A DNA stretch of 64,000 nt from Chiloscyllium plagiosum. Lineage: Eukaryota. The DNA lies in assembly GCF_004010195.1 (NCBI RefSeq), contig NC_057737.1, positions 7,886,799-7,950,798 on the forward strand, given 5' to 3'. Below, piece after piece: positions 1-11,429 of the stretch. Under the pieces are notes generated by a model. The model searched no databases and was not told the DNA's origin. It saw only the letters and a program-made list of their open reading frames with translations. How positions within the stretch are numbered: position 1 is the stretch's first letter; each line of letters opens with the position of its first letter. The position numbers were made by a program, and so were the translations under genes.

Positions 1-364
1 CTAACTGAGTTTTCACATTTTGTCCTAACATAAGCCTTCTTCTTCTTCTTGACCAGGGATTCCACTTCCTTAGTAAACCACGGCTCATGTGTTCTATATC
101 TTCCTCCCTGCCTGACAGGTACATACTTATCTAGGACACACAGGAGCTATTCCTTGAATAAGCTCCACATTTTTAATGTGCTTATCCCCTGCAGATGGAG
201 CCTATGGAGAGAAAATAACAGTCAGGGGTCAAAGAGAGGGGTAATAGCATGCTCAAAGAAAGAAAAGCTGATAATGGGGATTACAAGGAGGTGAAAATGG
301 AAAGCAGCTCATGTCATGACAGGTCCTGGGGTTAGGGTTGAATAAAGGACACAGAAGAAGGTAT

Positions 365-590
365 TCAGGTTTGAGAATTATTGAACTCGATGTTGCATCC
401 TGAATGCTACGGGGTCCCTAAGTGGAAAATGAGATGCTGTTCTTCCAGCCTGAGCTAGGCCTCATTGGAGCACTGCAGCAAGCCTGACGCAAAGATGTTG
501 GCCAGGGAACAGGGTGGTGTGTTGAAGTGGCAGGCAATTAGAAGCTCGGGATCATTTCTATGGACAGAAAATATGTGATCTGCAAAGAGG
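365..590 (-). mobile_element. Decayed Penelope-like GIY-YIG endonuclease C-terminal fragment
   Basis: The minus strand reads NDPELLIACHFNTPPCSLANI...CSNEA*LRLEEQHLIFHLGTP*HSGCNIEFNN, a typical PLE C-terminus, with stop codons. Confidence 0.75.
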
Positions 591-624
591 TCGCCTGTCA
601 AAATATATTGTTAGAGACAAAAAA

Positions 625-1620
625 AAACCTGCCGATGCTGGAATCCAAATAGACAAACAGGAGGCTGGAAGAACAGTGTACAGTTCTGGTCGCCACATTA
701 CAAAAAGGATGTGGTTGCTTTGGAGAGGATGTTGCCTAGTATGGAAGGTGCTAGATATGAAGGGAGGTTGAGTAGGTTAGGTTTGTTTTCATTAGAAAAA
801 AGGAGATGGGGCGACCTGATTGAGATCTACAAAATCATGAAGGGTATAGACAGGATAGATAGAGATAAGTTTTTCCCAGGGTGAAGGATTCAATAACGAG
901 AGGTCACCCTTTCAAGGTGAGAGGTGAAAAGTCTAAGGGGGATACAAGCGGCAAGTACTTTACACAGAGGTCAGTGGGTGCCTGGAACGCATTGCCAGCA
1001 GAGGTGGTAGAGGCAGGCACGGTAGATTCATTTAAAATAAGTCTGGACAGTTGCATGAATAGGTGGGGAGCAGAGGGATACAGATGCTTAGGAATTGGGC
1101 AATAGGTTTAGACAGTAGATTTGGATTGGCTCAGGCTTGGAGGGCCTGTTCCTGGGCTGTAAATTTTCTTTGTTCTAAGAACACAGTAAGCCAGGCAGCT
1201 TCAGGAATTGGAGAAGTCAATGTTTCAGGTATTAAAGGTACTTTTTCCTGTTAAAAACGGTAAAAAGTAAGAAGACAATCCAGGGAGATCAGTAGACAGA
1301 AGACTGAAGACAGCGGAGAAGACAGAGACTGTGTGGACTTGAGATTAATTTAATGTAAGTTTAATAATTATTATTGGAGCAGCATTTTTATAGAGTTGGA
1401 GTCAGATAGTAATTGGTTCAGGGAAAGGAACTTGGATTTGTTAATAGTTTTTGTTTTGCGTTCTGTTAGGAAAATACATTGTTATTTTTCTTTAAGCAGT
1501 GGAAATTAGTCCTCCAACCTTTCTCGTCCGGAAGTAGGGTTAATACCCAAAACATTGACTTCTCCATCTCCTGATGCTGCCTGGCTTGCTGTGTTCTTCC
1601 AGCCTCCTGCTTGTCTACTG
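625..1620. repeat. Inverted pair of Penelope-type terminal repeat pieces (625-675 + 1177-1232 versus 1530-1620)
   Basis: GCCAGGCAGC..CAGGA..TGGAGAAGTCAATGTTT and its reverse complement AAACATTGACTTCTCCA..TCCTGATGCTGCCTGGC. Confidence 0.7.
676..1176 (+). mobile_element. 5'-truncated CR1-clade LINE inserted in a Penelope-type terminal repeat
   Basis: RT C-terminal motifs (TRGH.FKV, FTQR.VGAWNALP). 7-bp TSD AAGAACA at 669-675 and 1177-1183. Confidence 0.85.
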
Positions 1621-1779
1621 AAAAACATTGTTATCTTGATTGCTTTTTTTTTTAAAAAAAAAAGTTTATTCTGGCAGCCAAAACGAAGATGCTAAAGAAC
1701 AATTGAGAAATTCTTCCTAAAGAGGAAAGCTTGAATCGAAACAAAATCCTAGCTGCTGTTTGGCCTCCCAGTTCGGACA

Positions 1780-1918
1780 GACCGAGGGGGCGCCGTAGTC
1801 TGTTCTCCGGGAAGATTGAAAGCGGAGACTCTTGCTACCCCTTCCCTGTCAGGTCGGGTTTTGGACAGTTGCCAGGTTCACAATCAGTCCATGTGCTGTT
1901 GCTTTTCGGGATTTAAAG
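1780..1918 (+). other. NLE1: Probable first (5' UTR) exon / promoter-proximal region of NLE1; 5' end uncertain
   Basis: Locally CpG-richer unique sequence ending in a consensus donor AAAG|GTAAGT (GT at 1919). The NLE1 ATG exon is preceded by acceptor sites, so an upstream exon is required. Confidence 0.55.
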
Positions 1919-2687
1919 GTAAGTTGCAGTCAGTCTTGCTTTTGCTGTTGAATGTGAATGCTTGATGCTGGGGATCTGATTGGGAATTCCTTCAGCTGTA
2001 GGAGTCACTCTCGGGTTAATAACGGTGGGGGCTGGGGGGGGGAAAATCCCCTTTCACCAGGCCACTGCTGAAAACTCTAATCATTGCATCTCCAGCAGAC
2101 TCCCCCCTTCTCGATCCTTTGTTTCTCAGGTGTGTTCCTTTACCTGGCTGCTGGGCTGTGCAGTAGAACCCTGTAACTGTAACAATCTGAATTGTTACTG
2201 TTGCCACGTTCTGAAACTGTAACAATTTCCATCCCCTCGCTTCAGTGTTGCACACCTGAGAGTTTACTTCCCCTTCCCCCAGACTTTTTCATCAGCTTCT
2301 CGAGACCCAAGTAATGTTCTGTGGAGCTAAAATAGAAAACTCCACAGCAGCCTGGCATGCATTCGTGGAGACAAAGCAGAGTTTGATGTTTCAAGACCAG
2401 TTCTTCACAACTGGACTCCAAACACTAACTATGCTTCCTGTCCACATGTTGCCAGAACTGCTGAGTTCCTCCTGCAATTTGTTTTGTTTCAGATTTTTAG
2501 CATCTGCAATTTTGTTTTAATGTCCCATGGATCTGGATTCAAATCTGACCATGGACAATTCTTTTGAGGTACTCAAAGAGAGTACTGCATTGGGTGGTAA
2601 TGGTGTGCAGGGATATGGGGAGAAGGTAGGAGATTGGCGCTAGCTCATAGAGCCAGACTAGACAATAGAGTAGGCATAAGAGACATT

Positions 2688-2795
2688 GAGGTCTGCAGAT
2701 TCTGGAGATCAGAGTTGTGTGCGTTGCTGGAAAAGCACAGCAGGTCAAGCAGCATCCGAGGAGCAGGAAAATCGACGTTTCGGGCTGGAGCCCTG
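2688..2795. mobile_element. Penelope-type terminal repeat fragment (same family as 17179 and 26453)
   Basis: GAGGTCTGCAGAT.CTGGAGATCAGAG...GCTGGAAAAGC.CAGCAGGTCA.GCAGCATC...ATCGACGTTTCGGGC. Confidence 0.75.
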
Positions 2796-5084
2796 TGATC
2801 CTGGGAACTGGAGTTCCCAAGGGACACACATTTGTGGTTGCCCATCCTCACGTGGGCAAAATATATTAGCCACTCCTTTGCTAGGTTGGAAGATCTGGAC
2901 ATCCCTCTCTCTCAGTGGTGTTAGTGCACCCTCACTAACTGGGCTGCAGCAGTACAATGAGGTTGTTCATCACCATTTCCAATGGGTGATTAGAGAATAC
3001 CAGTGATGGGTTACAGCTAATGATGAATCAACAATACATAAAACGTAACTGTATCCATCTGCTCAGAATGTATCAGCTGCTCACTCCATAAACTCATGGG
3101 ACATTACAGAAGTCAATCACTTAGTTTAAGACAAAAATTGTTTTTAATAGACAGCTTGGAATGGTGGAGAACACTTATTTGTTGATGAACTTCTGGGCAG
3201 TAATCTTGCTGAGATTAGAGCCATGTTGCCAATGCTTTTTGTTTAGTGCTCATCAGGATAAATGCAAGAATGCCAAATTTCAAATAATCACAATGATTTA
3301 TACACAGGAGAAAAGGGAGCTGATGAGTTAGTCAGTTGGTTTTGATTGGTTGGATCGTTGTCATATAGAAAGCAATGGCAAACTTTAAGCTCCCCAATCT
3401 CCCAGGTAATTCCAAAAAGGAATAAGTCTTGAACATATTCCTTTTGTTTGCAGAGACTAGGTCACTGTGTATAAACTTGGAGATAGTGAGGATTGCAGAT
3501 GCTTGTATAAATACAAGTTACTTCCAGCAAGTGTAAATGCACCATGTTAAAATCTCCAGTGATATTAACTGATTTAAATTCATTTAGTGTAGCTATTAGT
3601 GCACTTGTGATTGTTCAGTAGCTGCTCAAATGTGGAATCGCATCAAACAGTGAGCACTCTGCTACTTATGAACAGCTGAAGAGCATGTTCTTTGATTAAA
3701 TGAACTAATTGCTGCCGTACAGTAGGAAGCATGGCAAAGAATCTGTCCAAGGATGTGCAGGTTAAGTGGATTAGCCTTGGGAAATGCAGGATAGGGTCAG
3801 GGGTGAGTCTGGGTAGGATGCTCTTCAGAGGACCGGTATGGACTTGATGGGACGAATGGTTTGCTTCCACACTGTAGGGTTTCTATGAATCCAAGCACAG
3901 CACCATCTCTCAAACAGCTTTGAATGGCCAGGAAAATGTTCTTTTTTGTGATGATGGCTGAGGAAAAAATATTGACCGGGACATTGGGTCGCTTTCTCCT
4001 GTCAATCTTCAAGGTGCCATGGAATGCTTTATGGGAGAGAATTAACCAGGGCATGGTTTAATGTCTTCTCTGAAAGTTAATACCTTTGATGATGCTGTGC
4101 TCAATTCTGTCGGTAGTACTCATCACTGTTGTCAGTACTGCACTGGGAATGTTAGCCTAGATTTTGTGTTCAGAACAGGACTTAAATACAGAGCCTTTTG
4201 ACAAATGAGAACGCTTTGTAATGTTTGGGGCTTCGTGAAGTTGTGGAACTTAACCTGTTTCATTTAATTGTGCTCTAGTTTATGTTCTTTGGTGTGAGTT
4301 CTCATTTTTTTGTTAATTTTTGATTTTCTCCTTGAGTTCAGTGTTTGTGCAGCCCCTATATATGGATCCTGTGACCCAGTAACATACAGTATGCCTTCAT
4401 TCACCTGATAGGCAGCAACGGGCGAACCAGGTTCACCGGCCACATAACTCTGTGAACTGGACTCTATTCTGTGATGCAGCATAAAGATACTTAGTTCAGT
4501 AAACACTGCAACTCGGGCAGCAGATTGAACTATTGTCAGTTTAACAAAAATCTGACATCCTGATCCCTCCCTGAAAGCCTCTTCACCGCGAATAGGATTC
4601 AAATCAGGATTGGGATGAAATACTCACCACTTATCTGTGTGGATGTAACCTCGCCAATCTGTAGGAAGCTCCACACCGCTCTGAACAAAGCACTCTGCTT
4701 GTTTGGTGTTTGCTCACCAGGTTTAAAGTCTACCCAACTAAAGACCTCCTGCTGTGAGGCAGCATTTTATGATTAACAAACCTTTTAATATTAGATTGTG
4801 ATTAATGTTCTGGGAGTTTTCACCATTGTGCCTGTGCTGGCCCTCAGATTGAGGGCCGTTGTTAAAAATAACATTCTCCTGCCAACCATTATGCTGCTAC
4901 TGCCAAAAGCTCAGTTGTCATGGTATGGGCAACTCATCCACCTTGTACCTTCCCTCACTGTACATAACCACTTTGTGACATCCGTCATCCAGCAGTTCCC
5001 AGTTTGACGCCTCCACGTGCTTCCTCCATTTTGGTCTTCTCAAAGAGCTCTCTGTAACTTTTCAGTTCTGATCAAGTGACCAAA

Positions 5085-5760
5085 ATAAGGCATAACAAAC
5101 AGGAACCAAGAGTAGGCCATTTGGCCTCTGAGCCTCTTCTCCCATTCAATAGGATTGTGGCTGATATTACATTCCTCACATCCACTTCCCTGCCCTTTCC
5201 CTGTAACCCTTGAGTCCCTGATAGACTCTTGATCAGTCTCTGCCCGAAGTATGCATACAGTATGTGCCCCCCATAGCTCTCTGAGGCAAGGATTTCCAGA
5301 GGAACACAACCCTCTGAGAGAGGAAGTTCCTCTTCATCTCAGTTTATTCTGAGACAATGCTCTCTGGACCTGGACTCTCCCATGAGTGGAAACATCCTCT
5401 CAGCAATTACTCTGTCAAGGCCTTTAAGAATCCTGTAGGTTTCAATGAGGTCTCCTTTCATTCTTCTAAATGCCAATGGGTAGAGTCCCAACCTGTCTAA
5501 CTGGGGATCATCCTCGTGAATTTTCTTTGAACTGCTTCCACTGAAACAAAACCTTCCCTTATAAGGGGGAGCAAAACTGCTCACATTACTTAAGATGTGG
5601 TCTCACACCAGCACCTTGTATAGCACTCTGTTATACTCTAACCGCCTTGAAATAAGGGCCAACATTCCATTAGCCTTCCTGATTACCCGCTGCACCTGTG
5701 TGCTGGCTTTGTGTTTCGTGCACAAGTACCCCGAATCCCTTTTTGTTGCAGCTTTCCGCA
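5085..5760 (-). mobile_element. CR1-clade LINE 3' fragment
   Basis: The minus strand encodes LGLYPLAFRRMKGDLIETYRILKGLDRV...FPLMGESRSR. Confidence 0.85.
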
Positions 5761-5937
5761 TTTTCTTTCATTTTAATTTGACCTTCTTTCATGCAGACCA
5801 TTCTGATTTTGGCCCGATCAGTTGATTTGCTGATAGATCTGCAAAATGATTACAAGTGCTGCAGTTTTCACAGCCCTTGATGGTTGATTGGCTTCTCTCT
5901 CCATTTTTCCTCTCCAGCTCTTATTTAGGGTCCAGCC

Positions 5938-6072
5938 ATGAAGGAGGGCAGCCAGCGACTGCTGGTACAGTTCAAAGATGAGAGCGGGGAGACTCTGGGG
6001 GCACCTTTAGACGTTCCAGTTGACATAACCCCAGACAAGTTGCAGCTTGTGTGCAATGTTCTGTTGGCAAAG
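5938..6072 (+). CDS. NLE1: NLE1 coding exon 1 ([45 protein letters not shown]), NLE/ubiquitin-like domain
   Basis: GCCATG start. Translation matches the Notchless N-terminus ([28 protein letters not shown]). Donor AAG|GTAAGA. Confidence 0.95.
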
Positions 6073-6509
6073 GTAAGATCATTTCACATTTTAAACTGTC
6101 GTGTGTGGAGTACCATGGCACTTACTGTGACTCTTGCATGTCTTCCCACTTCCAATCGTGGCTGTGTGTTTTCAGCTGTATGTGTTAAACGTACAGGAGT
6201 TGAGTTAACAGAGGATTCACCTGTGCTGCACAAGACAGGCACAAGGTCTAAGTTGCACCAATCTGAAGATACCTGAACCTGATTGATCTCTGAAGCAAAC
6301 CCAGGCCTTGGATAGTGAGGGTCTTATGGTGCAGTGCTAGTATCCCCCTTCTCGCCCAGAAGGCCAAGTCCCTCCTGCCCCAGAGGTGTGTCATTACACA
6401 TGCGAACATGTTTTAAAAATGTGTAGGAGCTGACCGATGCTATAGCCATTGGGTTTTTGGAATGGTTTAAGAAGGCAGCTCAGCACCTTCTCCTCTTCCT
6501 CCTGTGCCA

Positions 6510-6862
6510 CTCCCCCCCCCTCCCCAGAGCCTGTAATCCTGCATTTCCTCTGGTCAGTCCACCTAGCCTGTACATTCCTGGACACTATGGGCAATTTCCC
6601 ATGACCAGTCCACCTAGCCTGTACATCTCTGGACATTACGGGCAATTTCCCATGACCAGTCCACCTAGCCTGTACATTCCCGGACACTATGGGCAATTTA
6701 GCCTGGCCAATCCACCTAACCTGCACATCTTCGGACTATGGGAGGAAACCAGAGCACCTGGAGGAAACCCACACAGACACGGGGAGAATGTGCAAACTCC
6801 ATACAGATAGTCGCCCGAGGCTGGAAATGAACCTGAGTCCCTGGCGCTGTGAGGTAGCAGTG
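6510..6862 (-). mobile_element. HE1-like tRNA-derived V-SINE with internal 51-bp tandem amplification
   Basis: V-domain GGAGGAAACC.GAGCACC.GGAGGAAACCCAC.CAGACACGGGGAGAATGTGCAAACTCC. A 51-nt unit starts at 6555, 6606, 6657 and 6708. Confidence 0.85.
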
Positions 6863-7657
6863 CCTTTTCCAATGAATGAATAAGATATGCAAAATAAATT
6901 TTGATAAGGAATTTTCAGTATGGACAAAGAATTGAGAGATTCTCTTAATACTGCAATAGAGTGTCAGCTTAGATTTTTGTGCTCAAGCCCCTGGGATGGG
7001 TTTGAACTCTCAACACTTGACTCCGTGATAAGAGTGCTACCCAGAGAGTTACACATGACCCGGTTATGTCAGTCTGATAGAACATGAGGTCGTGACTGTG
7101 AATACGTGCACAGACTTTATCAGGGCTGTACAGTCACTGGGGGAGTGCTGATAGGAAGGCAGACACCTCCCACTGTCAGAGTTCAACTTTGAGGAATCGA
7201 AAACAGGCCTGCAAGCTGAACTCTTAATCAAGGACACAAGGGGGAGGAAAATCACTGTCTTTTAACTATCTTTGTTACATGAGTAATCAGAAGTTGTATC
7301 AGTCAGGATTGATGACCAGTGGTTCATTTTTTATTTATCCTGATTGACAGGATGTAGGTGTCGCTGACTGGGCCTAGTATTTATTGCCCATCCCTAATTT
7401 TCCCCACTCGGAGACAATTCTAGGATTTTGACTGAGCAACGCTGAAGGAATAGAGATATATTTCCAGGTCAGGATGGTGAGGGGCTTGGGGCATTTGCAG
7501 GTACCTGAGTATCTGCTGTACTTGTCAGTCTGGGGTGACCGAGGTTGTGGGTATGAAAGTACTTTGTTGTTGATCATTGTTGATTTGTAGTAGAACCATT
7601 GGATAGCGGGTGGCCACTGGGGTAAATAAATGAAACTGCATTTTCTGATGATTTCAG

Positions 7658-7875
7658 GATGACCCCCCGCCGTTGGCCTTCTTTGTGCATGAGACTGAGA
7701 TTGTCACCTCGCTGGAGAAGACACTGCAAGAGCAAAAGGTGGAAACGGAAAATGTTATTGACATTATTTACCAACCGCAGGCTGTGTTTCGGGTTCGGGC
7801 TGTGACGCGTTGTACCAGCTCTTTGGAAGGACACGCTGAAGCGGTCATTTCAGTGGCCTTCAGTCCAACTGGGAG
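7658..7875 (+). CDS. NLE1: NLE1 coding exon 2 (DDPPPLAFFVHE...YQPQAVFRVRAVTRCTSSLEGHAEAVISVAFSPTG)
   Basis: TTTCAG acceptor and hallmark YQPQAVFRVRAVTRC motif. Ends at GC donor AG|GCAAGT (218 nt). Confidence 0.95.
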
Positions 7876-8204
7876 GCAAGTCTCTTGAAGAGAAAAATTA
7901 TTTGAATCTGTTCCTTTTACATTAGCTGTGTCCCTGTTGGTAGCTCTCTGATCCCTCAATTACAAACATCCTGCTTCAAGTTCTGTTACAGGTTTTGAGC
8001 TCAAAAACTAAAGCTGCTACTCCAGTACAGTACTGGGGGAATGCTGCACTGTTAGAAATGTACTCTTATACATGATAAAAGGTTTATGCAAAGGTAAAGG
8101 CCATTTGGCCTATCATACTTGCATGGGCTTATTAAACTAGCATCATTGCCTCGTACCCCAGTCTCCTGAATTTTTATCCAAATAAATGGGACTTCTTTCA
8201 CTGG

Positions 8205-8590
8205 ACCATAGGAGGTTGAGAGCGACCTTATAGAGGTTTGTAAAATCATGAGGGGCATAGATAAAGTGAATGGCAGTTGTCTTTTTCCTAGGGTGGGTGA
8301 TTTCATGAGTAGAGGGCACATTTTTAATGTGAGAGGAGAAAGATAAAAGAAAGGACATGAGGGGCAATCTTTTTTTTTAAACAGAGGGTGGTATGTGTGT
8401 GGAATGATCTTCCAGAGGATATAGTGGATGTGGGTGCAGTTACAAGGTTTTAAAGACATTTGGATAAGTCCAAGAATAAGAAATGTTTGGAGGGATATAG
8501 ACGAAGCACAGGTAGTATTTAGTTTGGGATTATGGTCAGCATGGATTGAAGGGACTGTTTCTGTGCTGGATGACTCAGTGACTCTAAATA
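8205..8590 (+). mobile_element. CR1-clade LINE 3' end
   Basis: GACCTTATAGAGGTTT.TAAAATCATGAGGGGCATAGATA...GGAATGA.CTTCCAGAGG, recurring throughout the window. Confidence 0.85.
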
Positions 8591-8989
8591 ATCATCCAAT
8601 GCCCTTTTGAATGCCTCAGTCTCCAGGCACTGTTCCCTGACTACTCGCTGAGTTAGATCATTTCCTCACATCACCCTTAGCACTTTCATGCATCTCTTTA
8701 AATCTTTACCCTGTCATTCTTGTTCCTTTTACAAGTGGATGCAGTTTCTCCCTATCTACTCTACCCAGCCTGCTCAGGGCTTTGAAATGTGATGGTAAAT
8801 CAAAGTCTCAAGTGCCTGCTCAGGTAGATACTGAAGACCCCCTATTCTGAAGAGGAGCCAGGAATTTATCCTCTGTCCTACCCAGTATTTACCCCTCTAC
8901 CAGCATTGCAAAAACTCATTCACACATTGCTGTTTGTGTGAGTTTGCTGTCTGCATATTGGCTGCCATAGTTCCCACATTTCAGCAATG

Positions 8990-9485
8990 GAGTCACTGAG
9001 TCGTACAGTATGGAACCAGACCCTTCGGTCCAACCAGTCCATGCCCAACATAATCCCAAACTCAACTAGTCCCACTTGCCTATGTTTGGCCCATAACTCT
9101 CCAAACATTTTGTGTTTGTGGATTTATCTTTTGTCTTTTAAATGTTGTAACTGTACCCGGATCCACCATTTCCTCTGGAAGATCATTCCATAGACAAAGC
9201 ACTCTCCATGTAAACAAAAAAAGTTGTGCCATATGTCGTTTTTAAATCTTTCTCCTCCAACCTCAAAAATATGCCCCTGGCTATGAACTCACCCACCCTC
9301 GGGATAAGATCCTTTTCACTTACTCTATATATGCTCCCCATGATTTTATAAACCTCAATAAAAGGTCACTCCTCAACCTCCGACGTTCCAGTGAGCAAAG
9401 TGCCAGCCTTTCCAGTCTATTTTTATATCTCAAATCCTCCATTCCTGGCAACATCCTGGTAAGGTAAATCTTTTCTGAACTGTCT
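8990..9485 (-). mobile_element. CR1-clade LINE 3' end (inverted relative to 8205-8590)
   Basis: Reverse complement of the same family (ACAGACCCTTCGGTCCAAC..GTCCATG). Confidence 0.85.
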
Positions 9486-10198
9486 GCACTTCAAAGGCAC
9501 TTCATTGTCTGTAAAAATAATATGAAAAAGTATTAAAACCCACCTTCCCTTGCTTAAGTTTAAACAAAAGCACTTGTGTAGGAATGCATAATGTAATGCA
9601 TAATATTATGCAAAATGCATAACGTAGTAATGCATGATACTTTCTGACATTCTCAAAATGCCCGAGTTTTTCACACAGTAAGTGTGTTTTTGGGCAGGGG
9701 ACGTGAGAGCTTTGGGTGCCCATCTGAACTTAATATCAGGTCTGTGTAGAAACCCGGGAAGTAATTCTTCAGATGACATCCCTTGCTGTAAAGTTGTGTC
9801 ATATGTCATTGAAACTTACCTGGCGTGACATGATGTTCCCCGAGTAGTGGATCCAGAACCAGGGAACTTAGTCTCATGAGGAGGAATTTCCTTTTACAGA
9901 AGGTGGTGAATCTCTGGCATCCTCCATCCCAGAGGCTGCAGAAGCTCTGTCACTGAGTATGTTTCAGACAGCAATCAATAGATTTCTGGATACTAATGAC
10001 ATTAATGGATGTGGAGATAGTGGTGAGATGATCAGCCATGATCTGTTTGAGAGGCGAAGCTGAATTTGATATGTAGAATGGTCTACTGCACCTCTGTTAT
10101 TAACTGTGTAGCACTGCTAATGGTTGGTGTAGTTGAATGTACATGGTGCTAATGGCATACGGTGTGCAGTATTGACCCATTGTCTCTGATGTTTAAAG

Positions 10199-10278
10199 GT
10201 ATCTAGCAAGTGGATCAGGGGACACTACGGTGCGGTTCTGGGATCTGTCAACAGAAACCTCTCAGTTCACATGTAAAG
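10199..10278 (+). CDS. NLE1: NLE1 coding exon 3 (YLASGSGDTTVRFWDLSTETSQFTCKG)
   Basis: WD40 repeat, in frame with both flanking exons. Acceptor TTTAAAG, GC donor AG|GCAAGT (80 nt). Confidence 0.93.
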
Positions 10279-10344
10279 GCAAGTTCACTTTGAGAGTTAC
10301 ACAATTCTTTCCAACACAACACACAACTTTTTTGATTTGATCTG

Positions 10345-11255
10345 ATTTATTATTGTCACACATCAAGGTACAGTAAAACGTTTTGCGTGCTGTCCAGGCA
10401 GATCATACCAAACATGGGGTGATTGAACAAAGCGAGGAATGCAATGTTACGGCTGCAAAGATGGTGCACAAAAATCAAGATCAATATTAGATTTGAAATT
10501 TGAGAGGTCCATTCAGAATTCTAAAAAAGCGAGGAAGAACCTGTTCTTGAACCTATTGGTGCATGGGTTTAAGCTTTTTTTTAGATTAGATTAGATTAGA
10601 TTAGATTACTTACAGTGTGGAAACAGGCCCTTCGGCCCAACAAGTCCACACCGACCCGCCGAAGCGTAACCCACCCATACCCCTACATTTACCCCTTTAC
10701 CTAACACTACGGGCAATTTAGCATGGCCAATTCACCTTACCTGCACATCTTTGGACTGTGGGAGGAAACCGGAGCGCCCGGAGGAAACCCACGCAGACAC
10801 GGGGAGAACGTGCAAACTCCACACAGTCAGTCGCCTGAGTCGGGAATTGAACCCGGGTCTCTGGCGCTGCGAGGCAGCAGTGCTAACCACTGTGCCACCG
10901 TGCCGCCCACCGTATCTTCTGTCTGACAGAAAGGTTGGAGGAGATTATAACCAGGGTGCAAGGGGTCTTTGGTGATGTTGGCTGCCTTTCCACATCATCA
11001 AGAAGCGTCGATGAAGTCAATGGATTGGAGATTGGTGTGGGCCGTGTTCACAACTTTCTATATCTTCTTCATAGTCCAGGGCAGAGCAGTTGCTGTACCA
11101 AGCCGTGATGCATCCAGATAGGATGCTTTCTATGGTGCATCTGTAAAAGTTGTTGAGGTTTCTTCTCGACATGCTGAATTTGGTTAGCCTCCTGAGGAGG
11201 AAGAAGCGTTGCTGTGCTGTCTTGACCATTACATCAATGTGGGTGGTCCCAGATT
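10345..11255 (-). mobile_element. Rex1/Babar-type LINE 3' fragment interrupted by the SINE
   Basis: The minus ORF KTAQQRFFLLRRLTKF...NFYRCTIESILSGCITAWY is characteristic of the Rex-Babar RT C-terminus. Confidence 0.75.
10581..10909 (-). mobile_element. Full-length young HE1-like V-SINE
   Basis: tRNA-like head (GGGCGGCACGGTGGCACAGTGGTTAGCACTGC...GGGTTCAATTCCC) on the minus strand, V-domain and (TCTAA)n tail. Confidence 0.92.
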
Positions 11256-11429
11256 TTTGCTGTCTGGTTTGGAATCCTGATGCATGCAGCACCTCCTGGG
11301 AAGGTGACTGGCCTCCCTTCCAGCCTTACATCAGAACATTTTCAAACAATACTGGGGAGTGAGACCAGAGGACAATGACTTAATTTGTTAGCTTGTACCT
11401 GTAGCTTGATTAAGTTAGTAGCATTTAGC

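Noticed and set aside
6545-6735. Regularly spaced repeats resembling a CRISPR array
   Set aside because: Contiguous tandem units without unique spacers, inside a SINE in eukaryotic DNA.
10850-10909. tRNA-like A/B box sequences (also 23560, 35618, 59100)
   Set aside because: These are SINE heads continuing into the V-domain, with no complete cloverleaf.
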